Assembly (NCBI GenBank): GCA_963703955.1
Contig: CAVPGK010000026.1
Coordinates: 1 to 64,000 of the forward strand
Source: Nitrospirota bacterium
Lineage (GTDB): Bacteria > Nitrospirota > Nitrospiria > Nitrospirales > Nitrospiraceae
DNA: 64,000 nucleotides
Direction of reading: 5' to 3'
A program made the position numbers and the translations under genes. Positions within the stretch are counted from its first letter, which is position 1, and each line of letters opens with the position of its first letter. The notes beneath the pieces were generated by a model. The model was not told where the DNA came from. It worked only from the letters and a program-made list of their open reading frames with translations, and did not search any database. Positions 53,479-64,000 of this stretch are shown here, piece after piece.

Positions 53479-54414
53479 ATGAAAAAGGACGAAAAGGCCA
53501 CTGCGGTTGCTGAACTGCGCGAGAAGTTTTCGCGGGCCAAGCTTGCCGTGATGACGGAATGTACGGGGATTGAAGTGAATCAAGTCACGGAACTTCGTAA
53601 GCAGCTGCGGAGGGCCAACGCGGAGTTCAAAGTCATGAAGAACACGCTGGCGGCTCGAGCTGTCGAGGGAACCCCGTTCATGAACGCGAAAGCCCATTTC
53701 AAGGGGCCTTTGGCAGTCCTGATCGGCTATGACGATCCTGCACTTCCGACGAAAATTTTGCGGGATTTTATGCGGGCGGAGAAACGCGAAGAGAAGATGA
53801 AGATTACCGTCGGGGTCTTGGAGGGCAAGCTGCTTGATGCGCCGCAGCTGGTCGCCGTCGCCAATTTGCCGACGAAAGATGTCCTGCTGTCCATGCTGCT
53901 CTCGGCGATGCAGGGGCCGCTTCGTGGGATGGTGTATGCGTTAAGTGGGTTGTTGAGAGGATTGGTGGGAGTTATTGTTGCGATTCAAGATAAGAAGAAA
54001 GGAGCGGGAGAGATGCCGACGACAGAAGGAAAGTTATCACAGGAAGAGTTTATTAAAGCGATTGAAACCATGAGCGTGTTGGAGTTGTCCGAATTGGTGA
54101 AAGGGCTTGAGACGCGATTTGGGGTCACGGCGGCGGCGCCGGTGGCGGTAGCCGCGACTCCGGCGGGCGGCGGGGGAGCGGCGGCAGCGGCGGAGGAAAA
54201 GACATCGTTTGATGTCATCCTGGCCAGCGCTGCGGCGGACAAGAAAATTCAGGTCATCAAAGTGGTGAGGGAGTTGACCAGTCTGGGCTTGAAGGAAGCG
54301 AAGGACCTGGTAGAGGGTGCGCCCAAGCCGGTTAAGACCGGTGCGACGAAGGAAGAGGCCGAAACGATGAAAAAGAAGTTGGAAGAGAACGGAGGTAAGG
54401 TCGAGATCAAATAG
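53479..54414 (+). CDS. rplJ-rplL: In-frame fusion of L10 and L7/L12; internal RBS and ATG at 54013 could yield free L7/L12
   Basis: N-terminal L10 motifs (LRKQLR, KNTL, LPTK..LLS.L) continue without a stop into L12 ([33 protein letters not shown]). Confidence 0.9.
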   Translation: MKKDEKATAVAELREKFSRAKLAVMTECTGIEVNQVTELRKQLRRANAEFKVMKNTLAARAVEGTPFMNAKAHFKGPLAVLIGYDDPALPTKILRDFMRAEKREEKMKITVGVLEGKLLDAPQLVAVANLPTKDVLLSMLLSAMQGPLRGMVYALSGLLRGLVGVIVAIQDKKKGAGEMPTTEGKLSQEEFIKAIETMSVLELSELVKGLETRFGVTAAAPVAVAATPAGGGGAAAAAEEKTSFDVILASAAADKKIQVIKVVRELTSLGLKEAKDLVEGAPKPVKTGATKEEAETMKKKLEENGGKVEIK

Positions 54415-54577
54415 CAAAGGCCGCCGCGAATCAGTCCTCATCAGCGGGCCATTGAGAACCTCCATGCCGATGGCGATTCGCCCGAGAGGATGGCGAGTCA
54501 CGACTCGTGAGCGGATGCGGAAGCTTTCCTGACGGACTACTCATGGCAGGTTGACGATCTACGACGGAGGGACACGA

Positions 54578-57500
54578 ATGGTGGAATCGACTGTCAATGG
54601 TTTAATCGAGCGGAAAGATTTTTCGAAGATCCGAGCGAACATTGACATTCCCGACCTGATTGGAATCCAGAAGCGCTCGTATGAACAGTTCTTGCAACTG
54701 GAAACAGATCCGGATCGGCGCGAGGATAAGGGGCTGCAAGCGGCCTTGGTCGGCGTGTTTCCGATTGCCGACTATAACAACACCGCGATTCTTGAATTTT
54801 CCAGCTACTCCTTGGGCCAACCCAAGTACGACGTGCGTGAATGCCTTGAGCAGGGCATGACCTTCGCGGTGCCTTTGAAGTTAAGGGTTCGGCTCGTCGT
54901 GTTCGACAAAGAAGACAAAGGACCCAAGAAAAAGGTGCTCGATGTGCGGGAGCAAGAGGTCTATGTCGGCGAATTGCCCCTCATGACGGAGCGAGGCACC
55001 TTTATCGTGAACGGGACCGAACGGGTGGTGGTCAGTCAGCTCCACCGTTCACCCGGCGCGTCCTTTACGCACGACAAAGGGAAGACGCACGCGAGCGGCA
55101 AGGTCCTCTATTCCGCGCGCATCATCCCGTACCGCGGCTCGTGGCTGGATTTCGAGTTTGACGCCCGCGATATCCTCTATGTGCGGATTGACCGTCGTCG
55201 GAAAATGCCGGCCACAATCTTGCTGAAGGCCTTCGGCTACTCCGGGGACGATCTCCTCAAGATGTATTACCCGGTCGAAGAGATCCGCGTCGTCAAAGGG
55301 AAGTTGTTGCGGAGGTTGGACCCAGAGATTCACCACGGTTTGAAATGCCCGATTGAAATTACTGAGAAAGGCAGTAAGGAGCCGATTGTCCGGGAAGGCG
55401 GAAAGCTCACCAAGACGCTGATCACGCGAGTCCGGGCAGCGGGCGTGAAAGAAATTCCCCTAAGTGCTGCGGACCTGGCGGGGCGGGCGGTCCTGACCGA
55501 GTTGGTTGATCCGGTCAGCAAGGAGAAGATCCTGGAAAAAAACCACAAGCTCACACAGGCCACGATCGACAAGATCCTTACCAGCAACGTCGATAGCTTT
55601 AAGGCCATTTACCTCGACACGGCAACGGCAACCCCTGTCATCCTTGATACGCTGGAGATCGAGCGAACGGCCTCGAAAGAAGAGGCGATGGTGGAAATTT
55701 ATAAGCGGTTGCGGCCGGGCGAAACGCCGTCGATCGAAACCGCGCGAGTCCTCTTTGAGAATCTGTTCAACAACCCCAAGCGCTACGACCTCTCGCCGGT
55801 CGGTCGGCTCAAGTTGAATAAGAAACTGGGGCTGGATCTCGCGCTTGAGCAGCGGACGCTGACGGCTCAAGACATCGTCGAGGTCGTTCGGTACTTGGTC
55901 AACCTTAAGATGGGGAAAGGAGAGATCGACGACATCGACCATTTGGGCAACCGCCGGGTCCGGTCAGTGGGCGAGTTGCTCGAAAACCAGTTCCGGCTGG
56001 GTTTGGTCCGCATGGAACGAAGCATCAAGGAGCGGATGAATCTCCTGGATATGGAGACGGTCCTGCCGCACGATCTGATCAACGCCAAGCCGGTCGTGGC
56101 GGCGATCAAGGAGTTTTTCAGCAGTAGCCAGCTTTCCCAGTTCATGGATCAGACGAACCCCTTGGCTGAAATTACGCACAAGCGCCGCTTGTCCGCATTG
56201 GGACCTGGCGGGCTGACTCGGGAGCGCGCAGGATTCGAGGTGCGCGACGTGCACCCGTCGCATTACAGCCGAATTTGTCCGATCGAAACGCCTGAAGGCC
56301 CGAACATCGGTCTGATTACGTCGTTGGCGACCTACGCGCGGATCAATGACTTTGGGTTCATCGAGGCCCCTTATCGAAAGGTTCGGAAGGGTCGGGTCAC
56401 CGATGAGATCGAGTTCCTCTCTGCGATCGAAGGTGAGCAATACATCATTGCCCAAGCGAACTCCAAGCTCGATGCATCTGGGCACTTGGTCTCGGAGACG
56501 GTGTCTGCGCGGCACGGGGGTGACTTTATCACCACGACGCCGGATAAGGTCGAGTACATGGACGTCTCCCCCAAGCAAGTGGTGAGCGTCGCGACGGCAT
56601 TGGTTCCGTTTTTGGAGCACGACGACGCGAACCGTGCGCTCATGGGCTCAAACATGCAACGGCAGGCTGTTCCATTGATTCGAACGGAAGCTCCCTTGGT
56701 AGGAACGGGTATGGAATCGGTCGTGGCGAGAGACTCCGGCTACGTGGTCCAAGCCAAACGGGCAGGTGTGGTGGAGAGTGTCGACGCCACCCGTATCGTG
56801 GTGAGAGCGGAAGCCAAGAAGAAGGACGAGGGCGGCCGGAAGAGTGATTCGTTGCTGGACGTCTATGACCTCATCAAGTTCCAACGGTCCAACCAAAACA
56901 CCTGCATTACCCAGACTCCGGTGGTTCGAGTCGGGCAGCCGGTGAAAAAAGGACAGGTGCTGGGAGACGGACCCGCTATTGATCGGGGCGAACTCGCTTT
57001 GGGGCAGAACGTGCTGGTTGCGTTTATGCCGTGGGGAGGCTTTAATTTCGAAGACGCCATTTTGATCAGTGAAAAACTCGTCCGTGAAGATGCTTTTACT
57101 TCGATCCACATCGAAGAGTTCGAGGTCGAAGCGCGTGACACCAAGTTGGGCAAAGAAGACATCACCAGAGACATTCCGAACATTGGGGAGGAAGCGCTTC
57201 GGAATCTGGATGAAAGCGGCATCATCCGGATCGGCGCAGAAGTGAAACCGGGTGACATCCTGGTCGGCAAGGTTACCCCTAAAGGGGAAACCCAATTGAC
57301 ACCGGAGGAAAAACTGCTCAGGGCAATCTTCGGTGAGAAAGCGGGGGATGTCAAGGATACGTCCCTGCAGGTCCCTCCTGGAGTCGAGGGTATTATCGTC
57401 GATGTGAAGATTTTTTCCCGGAAGGGTCTGGATAAGGACGAACGGTCCAAGAGTATTGAGAGCGAAGACGTTCTGAAGTTGCAGCGAGATCATCAGGATG

Positions 57501-58546
57501 AGCTGCGGATCATTGAAGAAGAGAAGAACAAGAAGATTCGCAAGTTCTTGCTGGGCAAGGTGGTGGGTCGCGACCTTATGGATGCCGACAGCGGTGAAGT
57601 CACCCTGAAGAAGAAAGGGAAACTGACCGGGGAGATTCTCAAGAAACTCATGGATGAGAATATCCGGCACATTACGTTGAGCGATCCAGATGAGCAAAAG
57701 AGTCTCGAGGAGATCGAGCGGTTAGCGAAAGAGCAGAGTGAAATCCTTCAGACCCTATATGACGATAAAGTGGGTCGCCTCAAACGCGGGGATGAATTAC
57801 CGCCCGGTGTGATCAAGCTGGTCAAGGTCTACATCGCCATGAAACGGAAGGTCTCGGTCGGTGACAAGATGGCAGGGCGTCATGGGAATAAGGGGGTCGT
57901 CTCGCGCATTCTACCCGAGGAGGATATGCCATATCTTCCGGACGGGACCCCGGTCGAGATCGTCCTCAATCCCCTTGGCGTGCCCTCTCGTATGAATGTA
58001 GGGCAGATCTTGGAAACCCACCTGGGATGGGCGGCGAAGGCCCTCGGGATTCAGGTTTCTAGTCCCGTCTTCGACGGTGCTTCGGAAAAGGAAATCAAGG
58101 ACCTGTTGAAGAAGGCGAAGCTCTCGCCGAGCGGGCAAACGACGCTCTACGATGGGCGGACGGGTGATCCGTTCGGTAGCCCGGTGACGGTCGGATACAT
58201 GTATATGCTCAAGCTCCACCACCTGGTCGACGATAAGATTCATGCGCGATCGATCGGCCCCTACTCACTGGTGACGCAACAACCGTTGGGCGGGAAGGCC
58301 CAGTTTGGAGGGCAACGACTTGGGGAGATGGAAGTATGGGCACTGCAGGCGTATGGCGCGGCGTCAACGCTTCAGGAGTTCCTCACGGTCAAGTCGGACG
58401 ACGTTCCGGGTCGTTCGCGGATCTATGAGGCGATCGTCAAAGGGGAGAACTTCCTCGAACCGGGCTTGCCGGAATCGTTTAACGTGTTGGTCAAAGAGCT
58501 CCAGAGCCTCGGTCTTGATGTGGAATTGATCAAAGCAAAAGACTGA
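54578..58546 (+). CDS. rpoB: RNA polymerase beta subunit
   Basis: [35 protein letters not shown]. Confidence 0.99.
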   Translation: MVESTVNGLIERKDFSKIRANIDIPDLIGIQKRSYEQFLQLETDPDRREDKGLQAALVGVFPIADYNNTAILEFSSYSLGQPKYDVRECLEQGMTFAVPLKLRVRLVVFDKEDKGPKKKVLDVREQEVYVGELPLMTERGTFIVNGTERVVVSQLHRSPGASFTHDKGKTHASGKVLYSARIIPYRGSWLDFEFDARDILYVRIDRRRKMPATILLKAFGYSGDDLLKMYYPVEEIRVVKGKLLRRLDPEIHHGLKCPIEITEKGSKEPIVREGGKLTKTLITRVRAAGVKEIPLSAADLAGRAVLTELVDPVSKEKILEKNHKLTQATIDKILTSNVDSFKAIYLDTATATPVILDTLEIERTASKEEAMVEIYKRLRPGETPSIETARVLFENLFNNPKRYDLSPVGRLKLNKKLGLDLALEQRTLTAQDIVEVVRYLVNLKMGKGEIDDIDHLGNRRVRSVGELLENQFRLGLVRMERSIKERMNLLDMETVLPHDLINAKPVVAAIKEFFSSSQLSQFMDQTNPLAEITHKRRLSALGPGGLTRERAGFEVRDVHPSHYSRICPIETPEGPNIGLITSLATYARINDFGFIEAPYRKVRKGRVTDEIEFLSAIEGEQYIIAQANSKLDASGHLVSETVSARHGGDFITTTPDKVEYMDVSPKQVVSVATALVPFLEHDDANRALMGSNMQRQAVPLIRTEAPLVGTGMESVVARDSGYVVQAKRAGVVESVDATRIVVRAEAKKKDEGGRKSDSLLDVYDLIKFQRSNQNTCITQTPVVRVGQPVKKGQVLGDGPAIDRGELALGQNVLVAFMPWGGFNFEDAILISEKLVREDAFTSIHIEEFEVEARDTKLGKEDITRDIPNIGEEALRNLDESGIIRIGAEVKPGDILVGKVTPKGETQLTPEEKLLRAIFGEKAGDVKDTSLQVPPGVEGIIVDVKIFSRKGLDKDERSKSIESEDVLKLQRDHQDELRIIEEEKNKKIRKFLLGKVVGRDLMDADSGEVTLKKKGKLTGEILKKLMDENIRHITLSDPDEQKSLEEIERLAKEQSEILQTLYDDKVGRLKRGDELPPGVIKLVKVYIAMKRKVSVGDKMAGRHGNKGVVSRILPEEDMPYLPDGTPVEIVLNPLGVPSRMNVGQILETHLGWAAKALGIQVSSPVFDGASEKEIKDLLKKAKLSPSGQTTLYDGRTGDPFGSPVTVGYMYMLKLHHLVDDKIHARSIGPYSLVTQQPLGGKAQFGGQRLGEMEVWALQAYGAASTLQEFLTVKSDDVPGRSRIYEAIVKGENFLEPGLPESFNVLVKELQSLGLDVELIKAKD

Positions 58547-58572
58547 GGAAGAGCCCTAACCTTGTGTTGGGT

Positions 58573-58648
58573 GGCTGATCAAACGGGCCATCCAGCGAAG
58601 CCGAAGACGAGACAAGACCGGAGGCGTAGCCTCCGGGCTACATTGAGG
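58573..58648 (+). repeat. Diverged copy of the intergenic repeat element
   Basis: ACCGGAGGCGTAGC...GCTAC...GAGG and upstream sequence align with 50924-50999. Confidence 0.65.
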
Positions 58649-58776
58649 GCGGACGGCGCGATGAATAAAGAGCGCCACGTTTGTGAGTGCCGCCGAGTTG
58701 GTGAGGCGCTCGGTTCCTTTCAACGCCGAGAACCGAGTTGGGGGCCAGTTTCAGCAGCCAGGAGGAGGGATCAACC

Positions 58777-61700
58777 TTGGAAGGCATATATACGCTATTT
58801 GAAAAGCCTCGGGATTCGATGTCCTTCGATACCATGCGTATTCGGATCGCCTCGCCGGAGAAGATTCGTTCGTGGTCTTATGGCGAGGTGAAGAAGCCTG
58901 AGACCATTAACTATCGGTCGTTCAAACCCGAGAAGGACGGTCTCTTTTGCGCCAAGATCTTCGGTCCGATCAAGGACTGGGAGTGCAATTGCGGAAAATA
59001 CAAGCGGATGAAGCATCGCGGGATCGTCTGCGACAAATGCGGTGTCGAAGTGATTCAGTCCAAAGTTCGACGCGAGCGCATGGGCCACATTGAGCTGGCG
59101 GCTCCTGTCGCGCATATCTGGTTTCTCAAAGGCGTGCCGAGCCGGATCGGAACGCTTCTGGACATGAGCCTTAAACATCTCGAAAAAATCCTCTATTTCG
59201 AGAGCTACGTGGTGACGGATTCGGGGAACACGTCGCTGAAGGAAAAGGAGTTACTGACGGAAGAAGATCTCCGGAAGCTTCAGGACGAGCATGGCGCCGG
59301 CGCCTTTAAGGCCGGCATCGGCGCGGAGGCGATCCGCGATCTTCTACGAAAAATCGATATCAACACCCTCTGGGATGAGTTGCAGGCGAAATCTAAGAGC
59401 TCGACCTCAGCGGCGCTCAAAAAGAAATACGCGAAGCGGCTGAAAGTGATTGAGGCCTTCCGGAAATCAGGCAACAAACCCGAGTGGATGGTCATGGATG
59501 TCATCCCCGTGCTGCCGCCTGAGCTGCGTCCGTTGGTGCCGCTGGACGGCGGGCGATTTGCCACCTCCGATCTGAACGACCTGTACCGGCGTGTCATCAA
59601 CCGGAACAATCGACTGAAGCGGTTGATCGAGCTCAAGGCACCCGGTGTGATCATTCGTAACGAGATGCGGATGCTTCAGGAGGCTGTGGATGCGCTGTTC
59701 GATAACGGCCGGAGAGGGCGGGCGATTCGGGGTCCCAACAAGCGACCACTCAAATCGTTGAGCGACATGTTGAAAGGCAAACAGGGCCGCTTCCGGCAGA
59801 ACCTGCTCGGCAAGCGGGTCGATTATTCGGGCCGTTCGGTCATCGTCGTAGGTCCGGAGCTCCGGCTGCATCAGTGCGGGTTGCCCAAGAAGATGGCGTT
59901 GGAACTCTTCAAGCCATTCATCTTCCACAAGCTGGAAGCCCGTGGGGCGGCGACCACGATCAAGAGCGCGAAACGGTTGGTCGAGAAAGAGCGTCCCGAA
60001 GTATGGGATGTGTTAGATGAGGTCATTCGTGAGCATCCCGTGCTGCTCAACCGCGCTCCTACCCTCCACCGTTTGGGGATTCAGGCGTTCGACCCTGTGC
60101 TGGTGGAAGGCAAGGCGATTCGCCTGCATCCATTGGTGTGCGCCGCATTCAACGCAGATTTCGACGGCGACCAAATGGCCGTTCATGTGCCGCTCTCGGT
60201 CGAGGCGCAGATCGAGGCGCGCGTCCTCATGATGTCGATCAACAATATCTTGTCTCCCGCCAACGGCAAACCGATCGCCGTGCCGTCCCAAGACATGGTG
60301 TTGGGATGCTACTGGTTGACGAAGGAACGGCCCGGCGCCAAGGGCGAAGGGAAGATTTTTTCGTCGGCCGAGGAGGTGCGGATCGCATACGACGCGTATG
60401 AAGTGGAAGAGCATGCCAAGATCAAAGTGCGGATCGACGGCGCGCTGGTTGCCACGACAGTCGGGCGAGTCATCTTGGGAGAAATTCTGCCGGCATCGAT
60501 TCCGTTCTCACATGCTAATCAGTTGATGACCAAGAAGGAGATGACGAAACTGATCGATACGGTGTATCGCCAGGCAGGTCACCGGGAGACCGCGGTCCTA
60601 CTGGACAAGATCAAGGATATTGGATTTACCTATGCCACAAAAGCCGGCGTGTCGATCTGTATCGACAACATGCATATTCCGACGAAGAAGGAGGAATTGA
60701 TCACGCGGGCGCAACGGGAAGTCAACGAAATTGAAAAGCAGTACGGCGAGGGCCTGATTACAAACGGCGAACGCTACAACAAGGTCATCGACATTTGGGC
60801 GCACGTGACCGAGCAGGTGGCCAACGAAATGATGAAGGAATTGGGAATTGGCGGGGACGGCCGGACGCACGAGGCATTCAATCCGATCTTCATGATGGCC
60901 GATTCCGGCGCACGCGGCAGCTCGCAGCAGATCCGCCAGTTGGGCGGGATGCGCGGACTGATGGCGAAACCCTCCGGTGAGATCATCGAGACCCCCATCA
61001 CCGCCAATTTCCGCGAGGGATTGACGGTGTTGCAGTACTTCATTTCGACGCACGGCGCCAGGAAGGGTCTCGCCGACACTGCGTTGAAGACCGCGAACTC
61101 CGGCTATCTGACCCGGCGGCTCGTGGACATTTCACAGGATGTCATCGTCACAGAGGTCGATTGTGAGACTGCTGACGGGATCGTGGTAACCGCCTTGGTC
61201 GAAGGCGGGGAGATCATTCAGCCGTTGGAAGACCGTATTCTGGGTCGATTGGCGGCCGAAGATATTCGCGACCCGCTCACCGGCGAGATTATCGTGAAAG
61301 CCGACGAGGAAGTCGACGAAGAACGGGCGAGGGGCGTCGTTGAAGCCGGCGTCGATCGGGTGAAGATTCGTTCGGTTCTGACCTGCCAGTCCAGACGCGG
61401 GGTCTGTATGAAGTGTTATGGTCGCGACCTGTCGCGGGGACGGTTGGTTGAGAAGGGGGAGCCGGTTGGTGTTATCGCGGCTCAGTCCATCGGGGAGCCG
61501 GGGACGCAGCTGACGATGAGAACCTTCCATATCGGCGGAACCGCCAGCAAGGTCGTCGAGCAGACAGTGCTCGAAGCCAAGCATGCCGGAGCCCTGAAGT
61601 TCATGAGCTTCGACGCCAAAAAGAATGCCGATTTGCACAACGGCACGATCGCCGTCAAGAATAAGGACGGCGAATGGGTCGTGATGAACCGAAACGCGAA

Positions 61701-62955
61701 GATCGCAATCTATGATGAGAATGGTCGCGAACGAGAAAAATATCCGGTCGTCTACGGTGCCCGCATCAAAGTCAAGGACGGCGGCCGTGTTGAAGCAGGA
61801 CAGAAGTTGGTCGAATGGGATCCCTACTCGTTGCTCATTCTCACGGATGTCGGCGGCAAGGTCGCCTATGGGGACATTGTCGAGGGCGTGACCATGAAGG
61901 AGGAATTTGACGAGGTCACCGGTCTCTCTCGGAAGGTGGTCATTGAGCATGCTGGAGCCACGCTTAGGCCGCGCATTTCCATTAAGGATGAGGGCGGCAA
62001 GACAGCAAAGGTGTCGAGCGCGGCGGCGGTCGCCCGGTATCTTCTGCCGGTAGGGGCTCACATTCTTGTCGAGAAAGGTGGCGCGGTGCATCCTGGGGAT
62101 GTGCTGGCGAAGATCCCGCGGGAGACGACTAAGACCAAAGACATTACCGGAGGTCTGCCTCGTGTCGCCGAATTGTTTGAGGCCAGAAAACCGAAAGAGC
62201 AGGCTGTCATCAGTGAAATCGACGGAGAAGTGTCGTATGGCGGGTTCGTCAAGGGCATGCGGAAGGTTCTGGTCGATAATAAGGTGGGGGACGTGAAGGA
62301 ATACTTCATTCCCAAAGGGAAACACGTCAATGTGCACGAAGGTGACTGGGTTAGAGCCGGTGAGCCGTTGATGGATGGATCCGCGAATCCGCATGACATT
62401 TTGGATGTCTTGGGTCCAAAGGAACTTCAAAAGTACCTTGTCGATGAAGTGCAGGATGTCTATCGGCTGCAAGGGGTCTCGATCAACGACAAGCATATCG
62501 AGATTATCGTACGCCAGATGCTTCGGAAGGTACGGATCGAGGACCCGGGCGACACGGAATTTCTTCCGGGCAGCCAGGTCAGCCGCTTTGAGTTTGAGGA
62601 CAAGAACGAGCAGGTTCTGGCCAACGGCGGACGGCCTGCGCTCGGAAAGCCGGTCTTGCTCGGCATCACCAAAGCTGCGTTGACGACGGATAGCTTCATT
62701 TCGGCAGCGTCCTTCCAAGAAACCACGCGAGTGCTGACCGAAGCGTCGATCAACGGTAGAGAAGATCCCCTCCTGGGTCTCAAGGAAAACGTGATCGTGG
62801 GTCGGCTGATCCCAGCCGGTACCGGATTTGATGAGTATCGAGACACCTACGTCATCAGTCCAAGACAGGAAGCGCCCGTTCCGGCGTTGGCGGATGAACC
62901 TATTGAGATCGGGAAGGATGTTCAAGAGACCGATCGTGATGCGAGGGGCGCGTAA
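58777..62955 (+). CDS. rpoC: RNA polymerase beta' subunit (TTG start)
   Basis: [13 protein letters not shown]-terminal Zn finger; GGAGGAGG RBS. Confidence 0.99.
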   Translation: MEGIYTLFEKPRDSMSFDTMRIRIASPEKIRSWSYGEVKKPETINYRSFKPEKDGLFCAKIFGPIKDWECNCGKYKRMKHRGIVCDKCGVEVIQSKVRRERMGHIELAAPVAHIWFLKGVPSRIGTLLDMSLKHLEKILYFESYVVTDSGNTSLKEKELLTEEDLRKLQDEHGAGAFKAGIGAEAIRDLLRKIDINTLWDELQAKSKSSTSAALKKKYAKRLKVIEAFRKSGNKPEWMVMDVIPVLPPELRPLVPLDGGRFATSDLNDLYRRVINRNNRLKRLIELKAPGVIIRNEMRMLQEAVDALFDNGRRGRAIRGPNKRPLKSLSDMLKGKQGRFRQNLLGKRVDYSGRSVIVVGPELRLHQCGLPKKMALELFKPFIFHKLEARGAATTIKSAKRLVEKERPEVWDVLDEVIREHPVLLNRAPTLHRLGIQAFDPVLVEGKAIRLHPLVCAAFNADFDGDQMAVHVPLSVEAQIEARVLMMSINNILSPANGKPIAVPSQDMVLGCYWLTKERPGAKGEGKIFSSAEEVRIAYDAYEVEEHAKIKVRIDGALVATTVGRVILGEILPASIPFSHANQLMTKKEMTKLIDTVYRQAGHRETAVLLDKIKDIGFTYATKAGVSICIDNMHIPTKKEELITRAQREVNEIEKQYGEGLITNGERYNKVIDIWAHVTEQVANEMMKELGIGGDGRTHEAFNPIFMMADSGARGSSQQIRQLGGMRGLMAKPSGEIIETPITANFREGLTVLQYFISTHGARKGLADTALKTANSGYLTRRLVDISQDVIVTEVDCETADGIVVTALVEGGEIIQPLEDRILGRLAAEDIRDPLTGEIIVKADEEVDEERARGVVEAGVDRVKIRSVLTCQSRRGVCMKCYGRDLSRGRLVEKGEPVGVIAAQSIGEPGTQLTMRTFHIGGTASKVVEQTVLEAKHAGALKFMSFDAKKNADLHNGTIAVKNKDGEWVVMNRNAKIAIYDENGREREKYPVVYGARIKVKDGGRVEAGQKLVEWDPYSLLILTDVGGKVAYGDIVEGVTMKEEFDEVTGLSRKVVIEHAGATLRPRISIKDEGGKTAKVSSAAAVARYLLPVGAHILVEKGGAVHPGDVLAKIPRETTKTKDITGGLPRVAELFEARKPKEQAVISEIDGEVSYGGFVKGMRKVLVDNKVGDVKEYFIPKGKHVNVHEGDWVRAGEPLMDGSANPHDILDVLGPKELQKYLVDEVQDVYRLQGVSINDKHIEIIVRQMLRKVRIEDPGDTEFLPGSQVSRFEFEDKNEQVLANGGRPALGKPVLLGITKAALTTDSFISAASFQETTRVLTEASINGREDPLLGLKENVIVGRLIPAGTGFDEYRDTYVISPRQEAPVPALADEPIEIGKDVQETDRDARGA

Positions 62956-62966
62956 GCGAGCTGAGC

Positions 62967-62995
62967 TTGACACGGTACCCCCGCTTCATTATAAT
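62967..62995 (+). promoter_or_regulatory. Consensus sigma70 promoter of the str operon
   Basis: TTGACA-17 bp-TATAAT. Confidence 0.88.
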
Positions 62996-63038
62996 CCGTC
63001 GGCTTTGGGCGGATGGTGAGTGAAATCATAAGGACTGC

Positions 63039-63410
63039 ATGCCAACGATCAATCAATTGGTGCGCCAGGGTAGGCGACTCGCGGAGGGGAAGACCAAGAG
63101 CCCGGCGCTCAGGCGGTGTCCGCAAAAACGTGGAGTCTGCATACGGGTCTACACCTCGACACCGAAAAAACCCAATTCGGCCCTGCGCAAAGTGGCGCGC
63201 GTCCGTTTGACAAACGGGATGGAAGTCACCTCGTATATTCCCGGTGTCGGACATAACCTGCAAGAGCACTCGATCGTGCTTGTTCGCGGTGGTCGTGTCA
63301 AGGATCTTCCCGGTGTCCGTTATCACGTGGTGCGAGGCGCGCTGGATGCGGTGGGCGTCGCTAACCGGAAACAAGGGCGGTCGAAATATGGCGCCAAGCG
63401 ACCAAAGTAA
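63039..63410 (+). CDS. rpsL: 30S ribosomal protein S12
   Basis: [30 protein letters not shown]. Confidence 0.99.
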   Translation: MPTINQLVRQGRRLAEGKTKSPALRRCPQKRGVCIRVYTSTPKKPNSALRKVARVRLTNGMEVTSYIPGVGHNLQEHSIVLVRGGRVKDLPGVRYHVVRGALDAVGVANRKQGRSKYGAKRPK

Positions 63411-63496
63411 GACTGAAGAAAGTACGAATCGGTGAATGACAACGGTGGTTTCCTCCGCGGAAATCGCCCATCAGAGAATTCACAAACAGGAACGGC

Positions 63497-63967
63497 ATGC
63501 CGAGGCGACGAATATTCGGACAGCGTGATGTGCAGCCGGACCCTCGCCATCACGACAAGGTTGTTGGGAAGTTCATCAACATGTTGATGTCGGGCGGCAA
63601 GAAGAGTACCGCGGAGCAGATTTGCTTCGGGGCGTTCGACGTGATTCAGGAAAAATCCGGGAACGATCCTCTGAAAGTTTTTCGAGCGGCGATCGATAAT
63701 GTGAGGCCTGTGGTCGAAGTGAAATCGCGACGGGTCGGCGGGGCTTCATATCAGGTTCCGGTCGAGATTCGACCGGTCCGCCGGATGTCGCTCGCGTTGC
63801 GCTGGATCGCTCAATACGCCAAGGCTCGAAACGGAAAGAGTATGTCGGAGAAATTGGCCGGCGAATTACTCGACGCGGCCAACAATACCGGGGCGTCGGT
63901 CAAGAAGAGAGAGGATACCCACCGGATGGCTGAGGCCAACAAGGCCTTTGCCCATTATCGCTGGTAG
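63497..63967 (+). CDS. rpsG: 30S ribosomal protein S7
   Basis: [31 protein letters not shown]. Confidence 0.99.
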   Translation: MPRRRIFGQRDVQPDPRHHDKVVGKFINMLMSGGKKSTAEQICFGAFDVIQEKSGNDPLKVFRAAIDNVRPVVEVKSRRVGGASYQVPVEIRPVRRMSLALRWIAQYAKARNGKSMSEKLAGELLDAANNTGASVKKREDTHRMAEANKAFAHYRW

Positions 63968-64000
63968 GCGATTCCAGAAAGGTTTACCGTGCTGCAGTTG

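Overview
This is a bacterial chromosomal window, probably from a Nitrospira-like organism (inferred from protein sequences and gene order). It has five parts. (1) 1-4030: the decayed end of an island at the 3' end of tRNA-Arg(CCT), with an integrase remnant, arm-type repeats and genes carrying integron-cassette signatures. (2) 4.1-11.1 kb: a Gld-type ABC operon and lipoproteins. (3) 11.2-18.6 kb: an accessory hotspot with an alpha/beta hydrolase, integron cassettes with attC sites, an intact IS110, four toxin-antitoxin modules and a duplicated maltokinase 3' end. (4) 18.6-48.4 kb: a glycogen/trehalose cluster (mak, treS, glgE, treT, treY, glgC, glgB, treZ, glgX, glgP), HEAT-repeat proteins and a UvrD-type helicase. 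(5) 48.5-64 kb: tRNAs, tuf, rpmG, secE, nusG, rplKA, an rplJ-rplL fusion, rpoBC, rpsL and rpsG. Main observation: the IS110 bridge RNA can be read directly from the sequence, and its target guides match a conserved attI-like site. The element sits at the G^TT crossover of that site. Removing it in silico restores a ~135-bp promoter + attI-like module that recurs at 2052-2184 and partially at 944-964, each time in front of a cassette-like gene. No integron integrase is present in the window. Scattered single-base indels suggest consensus errors in places. All product calls come from motif recognition by eye; no database search was run.
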